Part shown: piece by piece, positions 24,267-40,420 of the stretch
How the letters are laid out: the number at the start of each line of letters is the position of its first letter
Numbering within the stretch: the stretch's first letter is position 1
From: Camelus dromedarius
Lineage: Eukaryota
Direction of reading: 5' to 3'
DNA length: 64,000 nucleotides
Assembly: GCF_036321535.1 (NCBI RefSeq)
Contig: NC_087462.1
Coordinates: 4,836,001 to 4,900,000 of the forward strand
Notes under the pieces: generated by a model
Databases searched by the model: none
Told to the model about the DNA's origin: nothing
Seen by the model: only the letters and a program-made list of their open reading frames with translations
Made by a program: the position numbers and the translations under genes

Positions 24267-24717
24267 TGTCGACTAGAATAAGAACGCACACCGTGAGCTG
24301 TGAGTTTCCCCTTTATTTGGGGGCTTTCTGAGGACTGTAACCGAGACTGCCCCTGGGGTAGTTCTGCCCGGAAGAAGTGGAGGGAAGGGATACATGGGAT
24401 TTGGTACGAGGGTATGTGTAATCAAGCACACATCTCAATAGAAGGTTGCTGCTAGTCAGGAGGAGCAGATATCATAGTTAATGATTTTAGTGCTTTTCTT
24501 CAGTATGGAAAGATGTAAGAATCCAGGCTCATAGAAAATTTTTCCTGAAAGTATCTAACTGAAAGGCCTGTTCTGCCAGTTTTCCCAGAGCACAGAGAGC
24601 CTCATGCCTGATCTCCACCCTGAACTCCTTTCAGGGTGTGCTGAAGACCGGCGACTGCAGTGGCCAGTGACTCAATCCTTGTTGAGGCGGATGGCGGGCG
24701 ACATTCTTTAGCTGTCA
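24267..24717 (-). mobile_element. Solo ERV1-class LTR, 451 bp
   Basis: TG...CA ends, 4-bp TSD CTGG (24263-24266 / 24718-24721), minus-strand AATAAA at 24312-24317 near the 3' end. Confidence 0.8.
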
Positions 24718-24989
24718 CTGGGCAGAGATTAAAGTTCACCTTCGTACCATTTTGTAGCTCTTGAATTTTATGCACTGCAGATTACATATGCTGTCCTATT
24801 TTTCCTGAGGTTAAAATGATAAATAGGGGTCAGGGAAAGATAAGCAGGTTTACCAATAGGCAGACACAAAAATGCATATTTTACAAGGTGTGAAGTTGTA
24901 CCTGACCGTGGTTTTGTTCTGCATTTCCCTAATGGCTAATGATGTTGACTGATTCCCTTTTATTAAACATTTTCTCTTTATTTCAATTC

Positions 24990-25900
24990 CTATTACTCTG
25001 CCAGCCTCACTCACTCCTTTCCAACCACATTGCCTTCCTCCTGTTTCTTGAACTTACAGCCCGCACCTGCCTCAGGACCTTTGCATATGCTGCTGTTCCC
25101 TCTGCCTGGAAGGCTGTCCCTCACCTCCTCCTCGTGTTTACTCAAATGTCCTCTTCTCATAGGACCTCCGCATCACACCCTCCTCAGCAATTCCTACCCA
25201 CATTTCTTGCTGCTTTATTTTTTTTTTTTTAGCTTGTTACACTAACGTAACTGTATATTTTGCTTCTTTACCTAGTCGTCTGGTTATTTGTCTAGTTACC
25301 TGGTTATTTGTCTCTCCTTGACAGAATGTGAACTCCACTAGGGCATGGATTTTGATCTGTCTCGGTCACAGCTACATCCCCACAGCCTAGCACAAAATAG
25401 GTTCTCAGTAAGTGGTGTTGCTTGTGGGGCTCAGCATCCTGTCCAAAGCTCTCTGTTCATGCTCCATCCACACTGTCCTGGGAGACCTGGTCCTTGCTCA
25501 CGATTTCCCTAGCCACCTCTTTGCTGGCCTCTTCCCACTCTCTCTCCAGTCCTTCCCTGTGTCCTGCTGCCACCTGTCCCCTGGACATTTCCCCTGCGAA
25601 TCCCACAAGCCCCCTCGCACTCAGCAAGCCCCAGACTGATGTCAGCATCACTCCCCAAACGTCTGGCTCTTCCATGCCCCCATCTCAGGGCTGCCCCACC
25701 TATCACCCAGCACCATCATGCTCACCTCTTTCCCTCCACAAGCCCCTCCCATGTCCCAACAGTCACCAAAACACCCCTTGAACCCAGCCACTTCTTCCCA
25801 GCCCACAGCTCCCTCCATAGGCAACCCCCATTCTCTCTCTCTCCTAGACCCCAAGCCCTCCATCCCAAGGCCTGCCTTCCCCATTATATCCCAAGAGACT
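24990..25900. mobile_element. L2 fragments
   Basis: CCTGCCTCAGGACCTTTGCA...TGTTCCCTCTGCCTGGA...CTCAAATGTC...AATGTGAACTCCA L2 3' hallmarks. Confidence 0.7.
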
Positions 25901-25916
25901 CTTTAACCCTCACATC

Positions 25917-26052
25917 GGTTGGAGGGTAATAGCTCAGAGGTAGAGTGAATGCTTAGCATGCAGGAGGTCCTGGGTTCCATCCCCAGTACCTCCATTAAAA
26001 ATCAATCAATTAATTAAAATAAACCTAATTACCTCCTCCCAAAAATAAGGAA
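25917..26052 (+). mobile_element. tRNA-Ala-derived SINE (camelid Vic-1-like)
   Basis: Head ...AGCTCAG-GGTAGAG...CTTAGCATGC...GGTCCTGGGTTC-ATCCCCAGTACCTCCA, AT-rich tail, 12-bp TSD AACCCTCACATC (25905-25916 / 26053-26064). Confidence 0.85.
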
Positions 26053-26469
26053 AACCCTCACATCTGACCACAGCCCTCCTTGCTTAAGACCTGGGTGCAG
26101 GGGTCTGTGCGCCCCCCCCCCACCCCTACCAATTGGAGATACTGTTTCATCAGCAGAAAAATGTCCGAGCCCAGCCTGAGGCCTGCAGAGGGAAGGGAGC
26201 CTCAGGCTGCAGAGCTGCCGCTGCACAAGTGCCTGGATCCCTTCTTGAGCCTGTGCTGTCCCCATTGGTCTTGTAACAGCACGATGCATTTCTCTGCGTG
26301 CCTGTGGTGTGCCAGGCCCCATGCTAGGCACCAGGGAGACAGCAGTGAGCCTGGCGGGCCCGGCCCGGCCCTCCAAGCACCCTCCAGCGTCTGGTTAGGG
26401 CCGAGCTTGACCTTTGAGAAAGAGACAGGAGCTGGCCCGGCATCCACAGCTAGGCGCTGGTGTTCTCCC

Positions 26470-26765
26470 GCTGGACAGAAATAATTTCACAAAACGCCAG
26501 AGTCAGACAAGGTCGCTCTGTGACCGTGGTGGACTAAGACAAAACAAGCCCACTCCGTCATCCCGTCTGAACGCAGACAAAACACAAATGTTTTCCACAC
26601 CACAACAGCGACCAGACATGGCCTGTCCTGGCTGATCGGAGTGACTCCTATGTCATCACCAATCAGCACTTTCGTCTTGCTTCATTCCTTAGACCTCTGT
26701 ATCAAATAATTCAGCTTCTCTGTAACAGCGTTACCTACCCCTCCGTGCTTCCTGACAGCATCTGG
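26470..26765. mobile_element. Old ERV1 LTR fragment (MER34/MER39-like); a related piece flanks the L1 at about 28230-28270 and 28997-29150
   Basis: CTGGCT...GAGTGACT...ACCAAT...CTTCCTGACAGCATC motif resemblance, recalled rather than aligned. Confidence 0.45.
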
Positions 26766-26973
26766 GAGCCCCCAGATCCTCCTTTCCCCAACAGGCAGGG
26801 AAAATATCTATTTGCCTCAACCTGGCTGGGCTGAAGCCCTCAGCTGGGCCCTGGGCTGGGGAGCAGGTGATGGAACCTCAACCCAGCAGACAAAACAACA
26901 GTTGACTTGAATTTAGTAAAAAGGAATCCACTCAGTACCTAAGTCCTGGGGCTCCAATTCAAAGTGCAGGGAC

Positions 26974-27549
26974 CACCCCAATGCTCACAGCAGCACTACT
27001 TACAACAGCCAGGACATGGAAGCAACCTAAATGTCCACTGACAGATGACTGGATAAAGAAGATGTGGTGTACATATATACAGTGGAATACTCAGCCATAA
27101 AAAAGAATAAAATAATGCCATTTGCTGCAACATGGATGAAACTGGAGATCGTCATTCCAAGTGAAGTCAGCCAGAAAGAGAAAGACAAATAACATATGAT
27201 ATCACTCATACGTGGAATCTAAAAAAAAATGACACAAATGAACTTACTTATAAAACACAGGCTCACAGGCAAGGAAAACAAACTTATGGTTACCAGGGGG
27301 GAAAGTGGGCGGGAAGCGATATACTGGAAGTTCTAGATTTGCAGATACTACTCTATATAAAATACATAAACAAGAAGTTTCTACTGTATAGCACAGGGAA
27401 CTATAACCAATATCTTGTAATAACCTATAAGGAAAGAATATGAAAACGAATCTATGTATGTCTATGTATGACTGAAACATTATGCTGTACACCAGAAATT
27501 GGCATAACACTGTAACTGAATATATACGTCAATAAATATATATATATAA
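26974..27549 (+). mobile_element. L1 3' end (ORF2 C-terminus and 3' UTR)
   Basis: GGAAGCAACCTAAATGTCCA...GATAAAGAAGATGTGG...GCCATTTGCTGCAACATGGATG, ending in AATAAA plus (TA)n. Confidence 0.85.
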
Positions 27550-27579
27550 CAAGGTAAAGAAATTGCTTTTTCCTTTAAA

Positions 27580-28035
27580 TTTTTTTTTTGTATTGTAAAA
27601 TACACATAACATAAAACTGACCATTTTAATCACCTTTAAGTGTTCGGTTTAGTGGCATTAAGTACATCTCCATTTTTAAAAAATGTTTATTTTTTATTGA
27701 ATTATAGTTGGTTTACAAGGATGTGCTAATTTCTGATGTACAGCATAGTGATTGTTATACATATATATATATATATATATATATTCCTTTTCATATTCTT
27801 TTTCCTTATAGGTTATTACAAGGTGTTGTATATAGTTCCCCGTGCTATACAGAAGAACCTTGTTGTTTATCTATTTTATATACAGTAGTGTGTGTCTAAA
27901 AATCCCGAGCTCCCAATTAAGTGCATTCCCATTGCTGTGCAACCATCACCACCATCCACCTCCAGAACTTTTTCATCTTCCCAAACTGAAACTCTGTCCC
28001 CATTAAATATCACCTTCCCATTCCCCCATCCTGAT
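27580..28035 (-). mobile_element. Old L1M 3' end with a younger L1 3' fragment nested inside
   Basis: L1MB-like consensus interrupted at about 27675-27915; flanking near-duplication ATTAAGTrCATyyCCATT. Confidence 0.7.
27760..27784. repeat. (TA)n microsatellite within L1
   Basis: Direct reading. Confidence 0.9.
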
Positions 28036-28090
28036 ATATTTTATGAATTATTTTTATTTGTCAAAACACCTCAAAAAAAGAAAGACAAGG

Positions 28091-28224
28091 TGGAGAGGGT
28101 ATAGCTCAGTGGTAAAGCGCAATCTTAGCATAATCAAGGTCCTGGGTTCAATCCTAAATAAATATATAAATAAACCTAACTACCTCCCTGACAAAAATAA
28201 AATGAATTTAATTTTTTAAAAAAA
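28091..28224 (+). mobile_element. tRNA-Ala-derived SINE (Vic-1-like)
   Basis: GGGTATAGCTCAGTGGTAAAGCGC...GGTCCTGGGTTCAATCC head plus AAACCTAACTACCTCCC tail motif. Confidence 0.8.
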
Positions 28225-28271
28225 GTCACATTTCCAACCAGTAAAAGCATCCAACACAGAGCAAAACCCCG

Positions 28272-28996
28272 CTTTTTTTTTTTTGTAATTGAAGGAAAGT
28301 TGATTTACAATGTTGTGTTAGTTTCTGGTGTACAGCAAAGTGATTCAGTTTTACATATATATACACATATATTCTTTTTCATTATAATTTATTACAAGAT
28401 ATTGAATGTAGTTCCCTGTGCTATATAATGGTCCTTGTTGTTTATCTATTTCATATATATTAGTGTGTATCTGTTAATCCCAAACTCCTAATTTATCCCT
28501 CTCCCTCCTTTCCCCTTTGGTAACCACAAGTTTGTTTTCTATGTCTGTGAGTCTATTTCTGTTTTGTAAATAATTTCATTTGTATCATTTTTTAAAGATT
28601 CCACATACGAGTGATACCATGTGATATTTGTCTTTTTCTGTCTGTGTGGGAGCCCATGATTGGGTTAACAAATTTTAACAGACCCCAGCCGCTTGTCTCC
28701 TTTAAGAAGAACAAATGTGCTTAGTAACTGCTTTGCAAGCAGGCTCCTGTGCGTCCGTCCACACTCCTGTCTCCTTGCCCTAAAAAGCAGAGACAATGCT
28801 TTGCTTGCATAGTTGAGGTTTTAGATAGCACTCTGTCGGCCAGAATCCACATGTCTGACTTACTTCACTCTAGGTCCATCTGTGTTGCTGCAAATAGCAT
28901 TATTTCATTCTTTTTATGGCTGAGTAGTATTCCATATAATACATATATATCTATATATCCCACCTTCTTTATCCATTCATCTGTCGATAGACACTT
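28272..28996 (-). mobile_element. 5'-truncated L1 3' end (split by the 207-bp insertion)
   Basis: Poly(T) start, typical L1 3' UTR/ORF2-end sequence, degenerate 15-bp TSD GCAAAnCCyyGCTTT (28261-28275 / 28997-29011). Confidence 0.8.
28645..28851. mobile_element. Short LTR-like insertion, 207 bp
   Basis: TGTGG...CCACA inverted ends and perfect 6-bp TSD TGTCTG (28639-28644 / 28852-28857), interrupting an L1 3' sequence that resumes afterwards. Confidence 0.75.
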
Positions 28997-30033
28997 GCAA
29001 AGCCTTGCTTTCTTAAACCTCCCTAGAAGTACCTAAGACAAGCCCAAGTCTGATATGTCAGTGGAGTAAACTCTCCCCACTGCAATGAGTAAGAAGCCCT
29101 ATGTGTTCAACACATGTGTGTTCCTGGTGGAGCTGGGGCTGGCAGTGGGGAGCATGGATGTCTTTAAGGCTACCTTGGAGGTCTGTGAGCCCTGGGGTGG
29201 CATTAAGTGATGCAGTGTGACTCAGAGAGGTTGGCCTATCCTGTGGGAGGAGCATTAGGAAGCAGATGAGAAGGAAAACCTGGGGAAATCATGACAATGG
29301 ACACCAGTGGCCTCTTGCGTCAAATCCTCACCACTGAAGTTGTTGCCATTGCCAACCCGATTCTCCAGATGACAAAACTGAGACTGCAATAAGTCAAGTT
29401 ACTGGTCAGGCAGCTCTCCAGCTCTCAGGAGGCAGGATCCCCTGGCCTTGCTCCTGATTTTCCTCCCAGCTGTTTCCAGAGTTGCTGGGGGACCATTGTG
29501 ACAGCATCGTCTGGGGCAGCTCTTCGGGTCACAATGGGCAAAGCTGGACCACCACAGAATGCAGCATTGTATGGAATATCTGAGCATTCTCTGGAAGACT
29601 GGAGGCAGAGGGAGTCTTGAGGGTCAGGCCTATGTAAAGCTCATTTTCTAAGACTCAGTCCCCATGCCCCTTCTTGAGGTAGGTACCCCACCCTCATCCC
29701 TGATGAAGCAACTGAAACTCACAGGAGCCCAATGACTTATTCCAAGGTGACCTGGCTAGTAATTTCACCTGTCAAATTTTCCTGTAACCTATTTGAAATC
29801 TTCTTGACTTTCGACTATTTCAGGTGATAAAAGGATTGAAAAAGCAACAAAATATACACTGAAAAACTGTGGTTTCGTTAAAACTCTCGGTGCACGTTTT
29901 CTAAAAAGATCGACATGAGCAAATAGCTGTGGGCTGAAGTGGTCTGGGAGGGCTTCCTGCAGGAGGTGAGCCTGAGTCAGGGGAGCAGGTGACATCTGAG
30001 GGTCTAGTCACTGAAGGGCAGAGAAGAGGGTGA

Positions 30034-34766
<4,733 letters not shown>

Positions 34767-35992
34767 CACTGCTTTGGCAACATCCCACCACTTGCCATCA
34801 ATTAGCCATGGAAGAGGATGGGGTGTTTGTGGGAGCAGGGGCAGTACAGGAGAGAATGACTCCGTGGAGAAGCCCTGAGCAGATACTTCTGCAGACCCTG
34901 GGTCTGGGGACCACTCTGGGCAGGGAGACCATCCCAGCTTGTGCAAAGACTGGGTGGTTGGACTCCGTGTAAGGTGTTCAGGTGCAGCAACAAGTTCTGA
35001 ATGATGTGGGAGGATGGACTTAACCATGCTGGACAGAGGCAGTGTGGTGATGGGTTGAGAATGTAAGCTCTTGGTGCTGAATGGACAGAGTCCAAATCTT
35101 GACTCCTCCGTGTACTGGAAACAAGTCTTGGGCAAGTCATTTAACCCCTCTGAGCCTCTATTTGCTCCTCTGTAAAATGGAGATAAATAATAGCTCTCAC
35201 TATCATTAGATTGTTATAAATAAGAAATGTTCACACTGGTCAGTGTGGGTGGCTGGGGGTCAAGAAGGGACAGTGCACCTTCTGAAGATGAAGGTAAGGA
35301 GGAGGGAGGAAGACAAGGATGTAGGAAGGAGCTTTTGATTATTGAGAGACTAGATGGCACTCAGAAGGTGCATGGAAGGGTAGATATGCTGAGAATGGCC
35401 CAGTGATTTCCCCTATTGTGGTCAGAGGCTGTAAAGCTGAATGGTTGGTGCATTGGCTGGCTGGGCAATTAGCCTCCAGGTCACAGCTGGGTCCAGGGGC
35501 AAGTCAACAAGAGTCATTAGGATATGATCAGGTCCAAGGGGGTAGGTGTCCAGCCAGAGACAGAATGAAAAGGGTGGAAAAGAGAATGGGGTGGAGCCCT
35601 GGAGCCAGTGGATGACAGGGCTTAGAAAGCATGTCCTGGACCAGTACCTTGGACAGCACCCCATTTTGAAGGTTTTGGGGTATGGTGAGATCAGCACCAA
35701 GAAGCCAGCTCTATCTGGGATAAAATGAGCCTTGGTGGCCGTGCCTGGGGACTGCCTCTGTAGGCTGTTGAGAATGTGGTTTCAGGGAATGAACATAGCT
35801 CTCTAACCCTGTAGTCAGACCCTCAAAGACCAAAGCCCCCAATCCAATGGACCAGTGAGAGCCAATCTCAAGCCTGGCCAGGAGCCCTTTCCTCATGGGC
35901 ATCAATTCTCTGAGGCCAGCTGGTCATTTCCTCTTCTCCTTGCTTCCACTAATGATATAGATTACACTCTTCTGAATTATCTCATTCTAAAA

Positions 35993-36218
35993 CAGGATTT
36001 CTCAATCTTGGCTTTATTGGCAGTTTGGATAGGATCATTCTCCATTGTTGGAGGCTGTCTTGTGCATTGTTGGATGTTTAACATCATCCCTGACCTTTAC
36101 CCATCACATTCCAGTAGCACACTCCCTCTCTTCCACCAGTTGTGACAACCAAAAACATCTCCAGACATTGCCAAATGTCTCCTAGGGGGGAAGAGTTGCC
36201 TCTGGTTGAGAACCACTG
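35993..36218. mobile_element. MER20-like hAT DNA transposon
   Basis: CAG...TTCTCAA start, TGACAACCAAAAACATCTCCAGACATTGCCAAATGTC core, GGTTGAGAACCACTG end. Confidence 0.8.
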
Positions 36219-36984
36219 CAATAAACCCATCCTACAATGATTCCCAGGATAAAAATCAGGCTTTCCTGGTAAAGATGTTCTGCTTATTGACCAGACTATG
36301 TATACAAAAAGGCTTTTCCTTTTTACCTTGCCTGCCAGGAAGCTCAGAAAGCTTGCTTTGGTTCCATGTCGCTGTAGTTGCAGGATTATGTGTGCTTCTT
36401 CCCAGTTCTAGGGGTGGTTTAAAGCAACCCAGACACCAAATGAGAAAAATGGGTAGGAGTTATAAGGAGGAAGATTTCAGCACAACAGGAAGGATTTTCT
36501 AACAATAAGATTGATCAGCACTGGGATGGGTTGCCAAGAAAGAACAGAAACTTTGCTGGAAAGTTTCCAGTGCTGAGACACTACATCATGCTGTTTCTGG
36601 ATGTATTTTATGGATTTATGTCTATCCTTCCTGTATCCCACTTACCCCACCTCCAAGAAAAGGCATTTCATAGGAACTACAAAAACCAAAAAGGCTTATG
36701 AAATAAGATGAATAAATAATAGCATTGAACATGGGAAAACAGATGAATTTTGAAAGGAAAATATTTTGTCAATGGTAAGCATCACCAAGCAGCAGCCTCA
36801 TCTCTTTCTGTCCTTGAACAAGTGATGTCATGCTCTGACCCTCACTTTCCTCATCCATGAAATGGGGAGGGCAACAGTTCCTCCTTCATGGAGTGGTTAC
36901 AAGGAGTAAATAAAATGTGCATGTACCATTCTTGGCACAGGGCCTAGCACTTGGCTGTAGCTCAATAAATAATGCCTAAATTTT

Positions 36985-38500
36985 GTTACTGTCTTAGGTC
37001 ATTTTCTTTGCAAATAACAGAAACCAGCTCCAGCTGCTCAAGCAGAAAGGGATTTTGTTGACTTAGAAACAAGAAACTCCTTAATTAGGTCTAGCATCAA
37101 GCATGTGGTTCCCCATCAGACGCTTGCTCTCTTCCTTGCTGTCTCTCAGCCTCGTGTCCCTCCAAGCAGTGGCAAAAGAGAAAAACTAGAAGCCCAAATC
37201 CTTATCATTAAAGCCCCAAAGGAAGGGGTGGGGTGTTCCCCCCAACTCCTCACATTGGAATATATGAAACAGTCTGATTGGCTCATTTGAGTCCCCTGCC
37301 CAGCTGTGAACCAATCATGTGCCCAGAGGGATGGAATGCTGTGATTGGATGCCTGGGTGATTTGGTTCCTCCAACCTCACCAGGATCTTGGAGTCTGGAG
37401 CTCAATCTTAGTGAATCCTGTCTCCTAGCAACAGACCTGTGCCTGCCCATCCCCATAGCATCTGTATTGCCCCAGGTTACAATCTAGAGGGTGGAACAAC
37501 TCAGCCAATAGGCTCTTCCTAATGAAGGTAATTGTATATTTATAGGCAGGAGTGTTCAGTGCTCAGTGTTTGAGAGTAGGCTGAAACATCAAATGCCCAC
37601 CAGTTCTCTGATAATCCCAATCTTACCTCTCACCTCATTACTAACATCCTCTTTTCACTCAGGACAGAGAATTCAGCTCTGGCAATCTCACAAAACTGAG
37701 CAAGTGCTAGGCTCTGCTTTAAGAAGGAGTGTATAGAGGGAGCTTGTGCCTGTCTTGGAAGACCTTGCTGAAGGCTTCATGACAGCGTCCACATATCCCA
37801 GCATCCTGATATTTTTCTCCAAAGCTACTTAAGCCAGAGTCTCGGGAGACACAAGGTTAGCGTGCCAAGAGAAAATAGGCAACAATTTAATCAGCTATTT
37901 TTCTTCCACATAACAGAGTTCTGCTTTCCTGAGGATGCCTCTTCCATGATGCTGCCACATACACCTGGGGAGGTCGTGCACTGCACAAATCTTGAAGCCC
38001 TGTTCACTTTATAATGAAGATATGTGTATGTGGTGGCTATGACCCTCTACCTAACCTTGGCTCAATTTCAAATTTTAAGCTATTTCCTTCAATACCTTTC
38101 CCTTTCGAGGAACTAATTTCTAAATTAGTCAAGACTGTCATGGATGCAAGGGACAGAATCCCACTAGCTCAAATACCCAGGAAATTTGTTGGCTCCTGGT
38201 ATTGGAAAGACAGAGCTTCTGGCTTCAGGTGTGGCTATATCCAGGAGCTCAACCAATATAGCCAGGGTTGTCTCTCCAACTCTCACCTCTGCATCCTGTT
38301 ATAGATTGGCTTCAGTCTGCAGACTGTTCTTCCAGACAACCAGGGAAGGTGGCTGCAGGCTGAATGAGGCCCTGTGTACAGCTCATGATCCCAGAGGAAG
38401 AATGAGACCCTCCAGCATCATGGCTTCATCCCAGACCTCATTATTGTTCAGGGGGCGGGGTTCTCTGATTGGTAAGTTTAGATCTCATGGTGCTGGGGGC
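36985..38500. mobile_element. Two old ERVL/MaLR-type LTR fragments (about 36985-37500 and 38128-38500)
   Basis: GCAAATAACAGAAACCA / GCAAGGGACAGAA starts and GATTGG...GAACCAATCA...GATTGG motifs; family not resolved. Confidence 0.5.
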
Positions 38501-39639
38501 TGTGTTAGACACAGGTCCATCTGGAGTAGTGAAGGGGGCTCCACAGAGGGAAGACAAGGTGCTGACAGAGATACTGGGCAGACAGAAACGACAGCTGTCA
38601 TTACAAGTATTATTTGTAATGGGATCAGCCAGGAGGCGGCAGGATGAGGAACCAGCGGCATAATCCAATTGCGATCTCAAGTCTCTCAGAGCTGCTGAGA
38701 GCTTTTCCACAGAGAGGTGGCAAGCAGGTCCCAGGCCAGAAGTCCAGCACAGATCTAGAAGGTTCGGGAAGGAAGAGCAAAGACTCCTGGAGGCCTCATT
38801 TGCTTGAGGCTGCATTCAAGGTTAGGTGGTTTGAAAACTCACCAGCCAAAGACCATCGGACACTAAACTGTAGTCAAAAAAAAAAATTTTTTTTTGCTTG
38901 CTCCAGCAAGGAAGATCCCACAGGGGAAAGAGTAATTGGGGGACAGGAGGGCATCTTATAAGATTCAGGCTTGAGCTGGGTAGTTTTAAGGAGAGTTGAG
39001 GCGAGTACAAGCAACCCTAGCCTAGTGCTGGCAGGAAGCAGGGGGCAGGTCTGTGACGGGGTATTGGTGCTTTTTATCTCAGAGGTGGGAGGATGGACCC
39101 GGGGCTGTCATTGGGAAGAAGCAGCAGTCATCATCAGAGAAGGATGTGTATTCATTTTTGTGGCCGCAAAGTGTCCTTGTCTCTATCTCGGCTCAGACGC
39201 GGTCACAGAGTGGCCTTGTGTGATGATTGTTTATATTTTGTGACCGTTGTTTATGTTCAGTGAAGAACATCCCGGCCCAGCTGCCAGCTGCGGGGGCTGC
39301 GTTTCACTCCCTCTTGACAGGGATCTGTGTCTCCAGGTAAAGTCCGCCCAGAGTGCTTCCCAGGCCTGGCCCTGGCCTCTCCAGAGGGAGTACCAGGCAC
39401 GGGGAGTCTGCTGGCGACAGCACTGCGCCACTGGGTAGGAGGAGGGAAATATTCGGTGTCCCCAGCTCTTTTCCTTGGAGGAGGAGTCTTACGGGGAAAC
39501 AAAGGCTGGACTGGGCAAAGATACACAAGTCTGAAAATTCTGCGTCTTGGCTTTGCCGATGTGCACTGCCAATCTACAAGAGAGAGATAGAACGTTTGGT
39601 GTTTCTGGAACAGAGATGGAGTCACAGACATGGGCGGGA

Positions 39640-39830
39640 GGCAGAGACGAGGGGAGAGAGAGGAAAACAGACAAGACAGAGACAGAGGGACAGAGGCAGA
39701 AAAGGGGACAGGAAGAGAGGCAAAGATTGAAACGGAGGGAAACACACTAACAGAGGGATAAAGGGACAGACAGAGAGAGGCAGGGGCGCAGAGGGACGGA
39801 GAGGGGCTGAGAGAGTCGCAGAGCAGGAGA
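39640..39830. repeat. GA-rich low-complexity purine tract upstream of the ZNF358 CpG island
   Basis: GAGACAGAG/GGGACAGA-type purine-rich repeats. Confidence 0.7.
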
Positions 39831-40420
39831 GGCCGCGGCGGGGACAGCGCGGGCGGCGCGCGGCGCAGACAAAGGCGCGGCCGCGCGGCCAGGTGGCCGG
39901 GCCGGGACANNNNNNNNNNNNNNNNNNNNNNNNNNNNNNNNNNNNNNNNNNNNNNNNNNNNNNNNNNNNNNNNNNNNNNNNNNNNNNNNNNNNNNNNNNN
40001 NNNNNNNNNNNNNNNNNNNNNNNNNNNNNNNNNNNNNNNNNNNNNNNNNNNNNNNNNNNNNNNNNNNNNNNNNNNNNNNNNNNNNNNNNNNNNNNNNNNN
40101 NNNNNCGGCGGGCGCGGCGGGCCGGGCAGGGGCGAGGGGCGCCGGGTGAGTGTCCCCGCGAGCGGGCCGGGCGGGCGGGGGCCGCGATGGGGGGCGGGCG
40201 GGTGGGGATACCCCTGCGGCGCGGGGCGCGGCCCGGAGCGACCTCGGTCCATACCCCCTCGCCCCGCGCCGCGCCCGCCCCGGCCCAGGAGAGCGGGGCC
40301 GCGGGCGCAATGCGGGGCGCCGCGCGACCCGCGGGCCTAGCGCGCCCGTTCCGCCTCTGCGGACCCAGGGGAGGGCCCGGCCCGAGCTGGGCGCCGTCCA
40401 TCGGGAGGTATGGGGGGCAC
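39800..40420. promoter_or_regulatory. CpG island promoter and non-coding exon 1 of ZNF358 (partly in assembly gap)
   Basis: Extreme GC/CpG density on both sides of the N run; splice donor CGG|GTGAGT at 40145/40146. Confidence 0.75.
39910..40105. other. Assembly gap (196 N)
   Basis: Run of N characters. Confidence 1.

Noticed and set aside
25917-25995. tRNA-Ala-like sequences (this and six other copies)
   Set aside because: Degenerate stems, shared non-tRNA tail, A-rich end and TSDs identify them as SINE heads, not tRNA genes.
29900-29967. Donor GAG|GTGAGC as the TEX45 5' UTR exon
   Set aside because: It lies in a GGAGGGCTTCCTG-AGGAGGTGA motif typical of L2 remnants; not supportable without transcripts.
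38875-38896. C-A11-T9-G inverted homopolymer
   Set aside because: A simple low-complexity palindrome with no supporting context.
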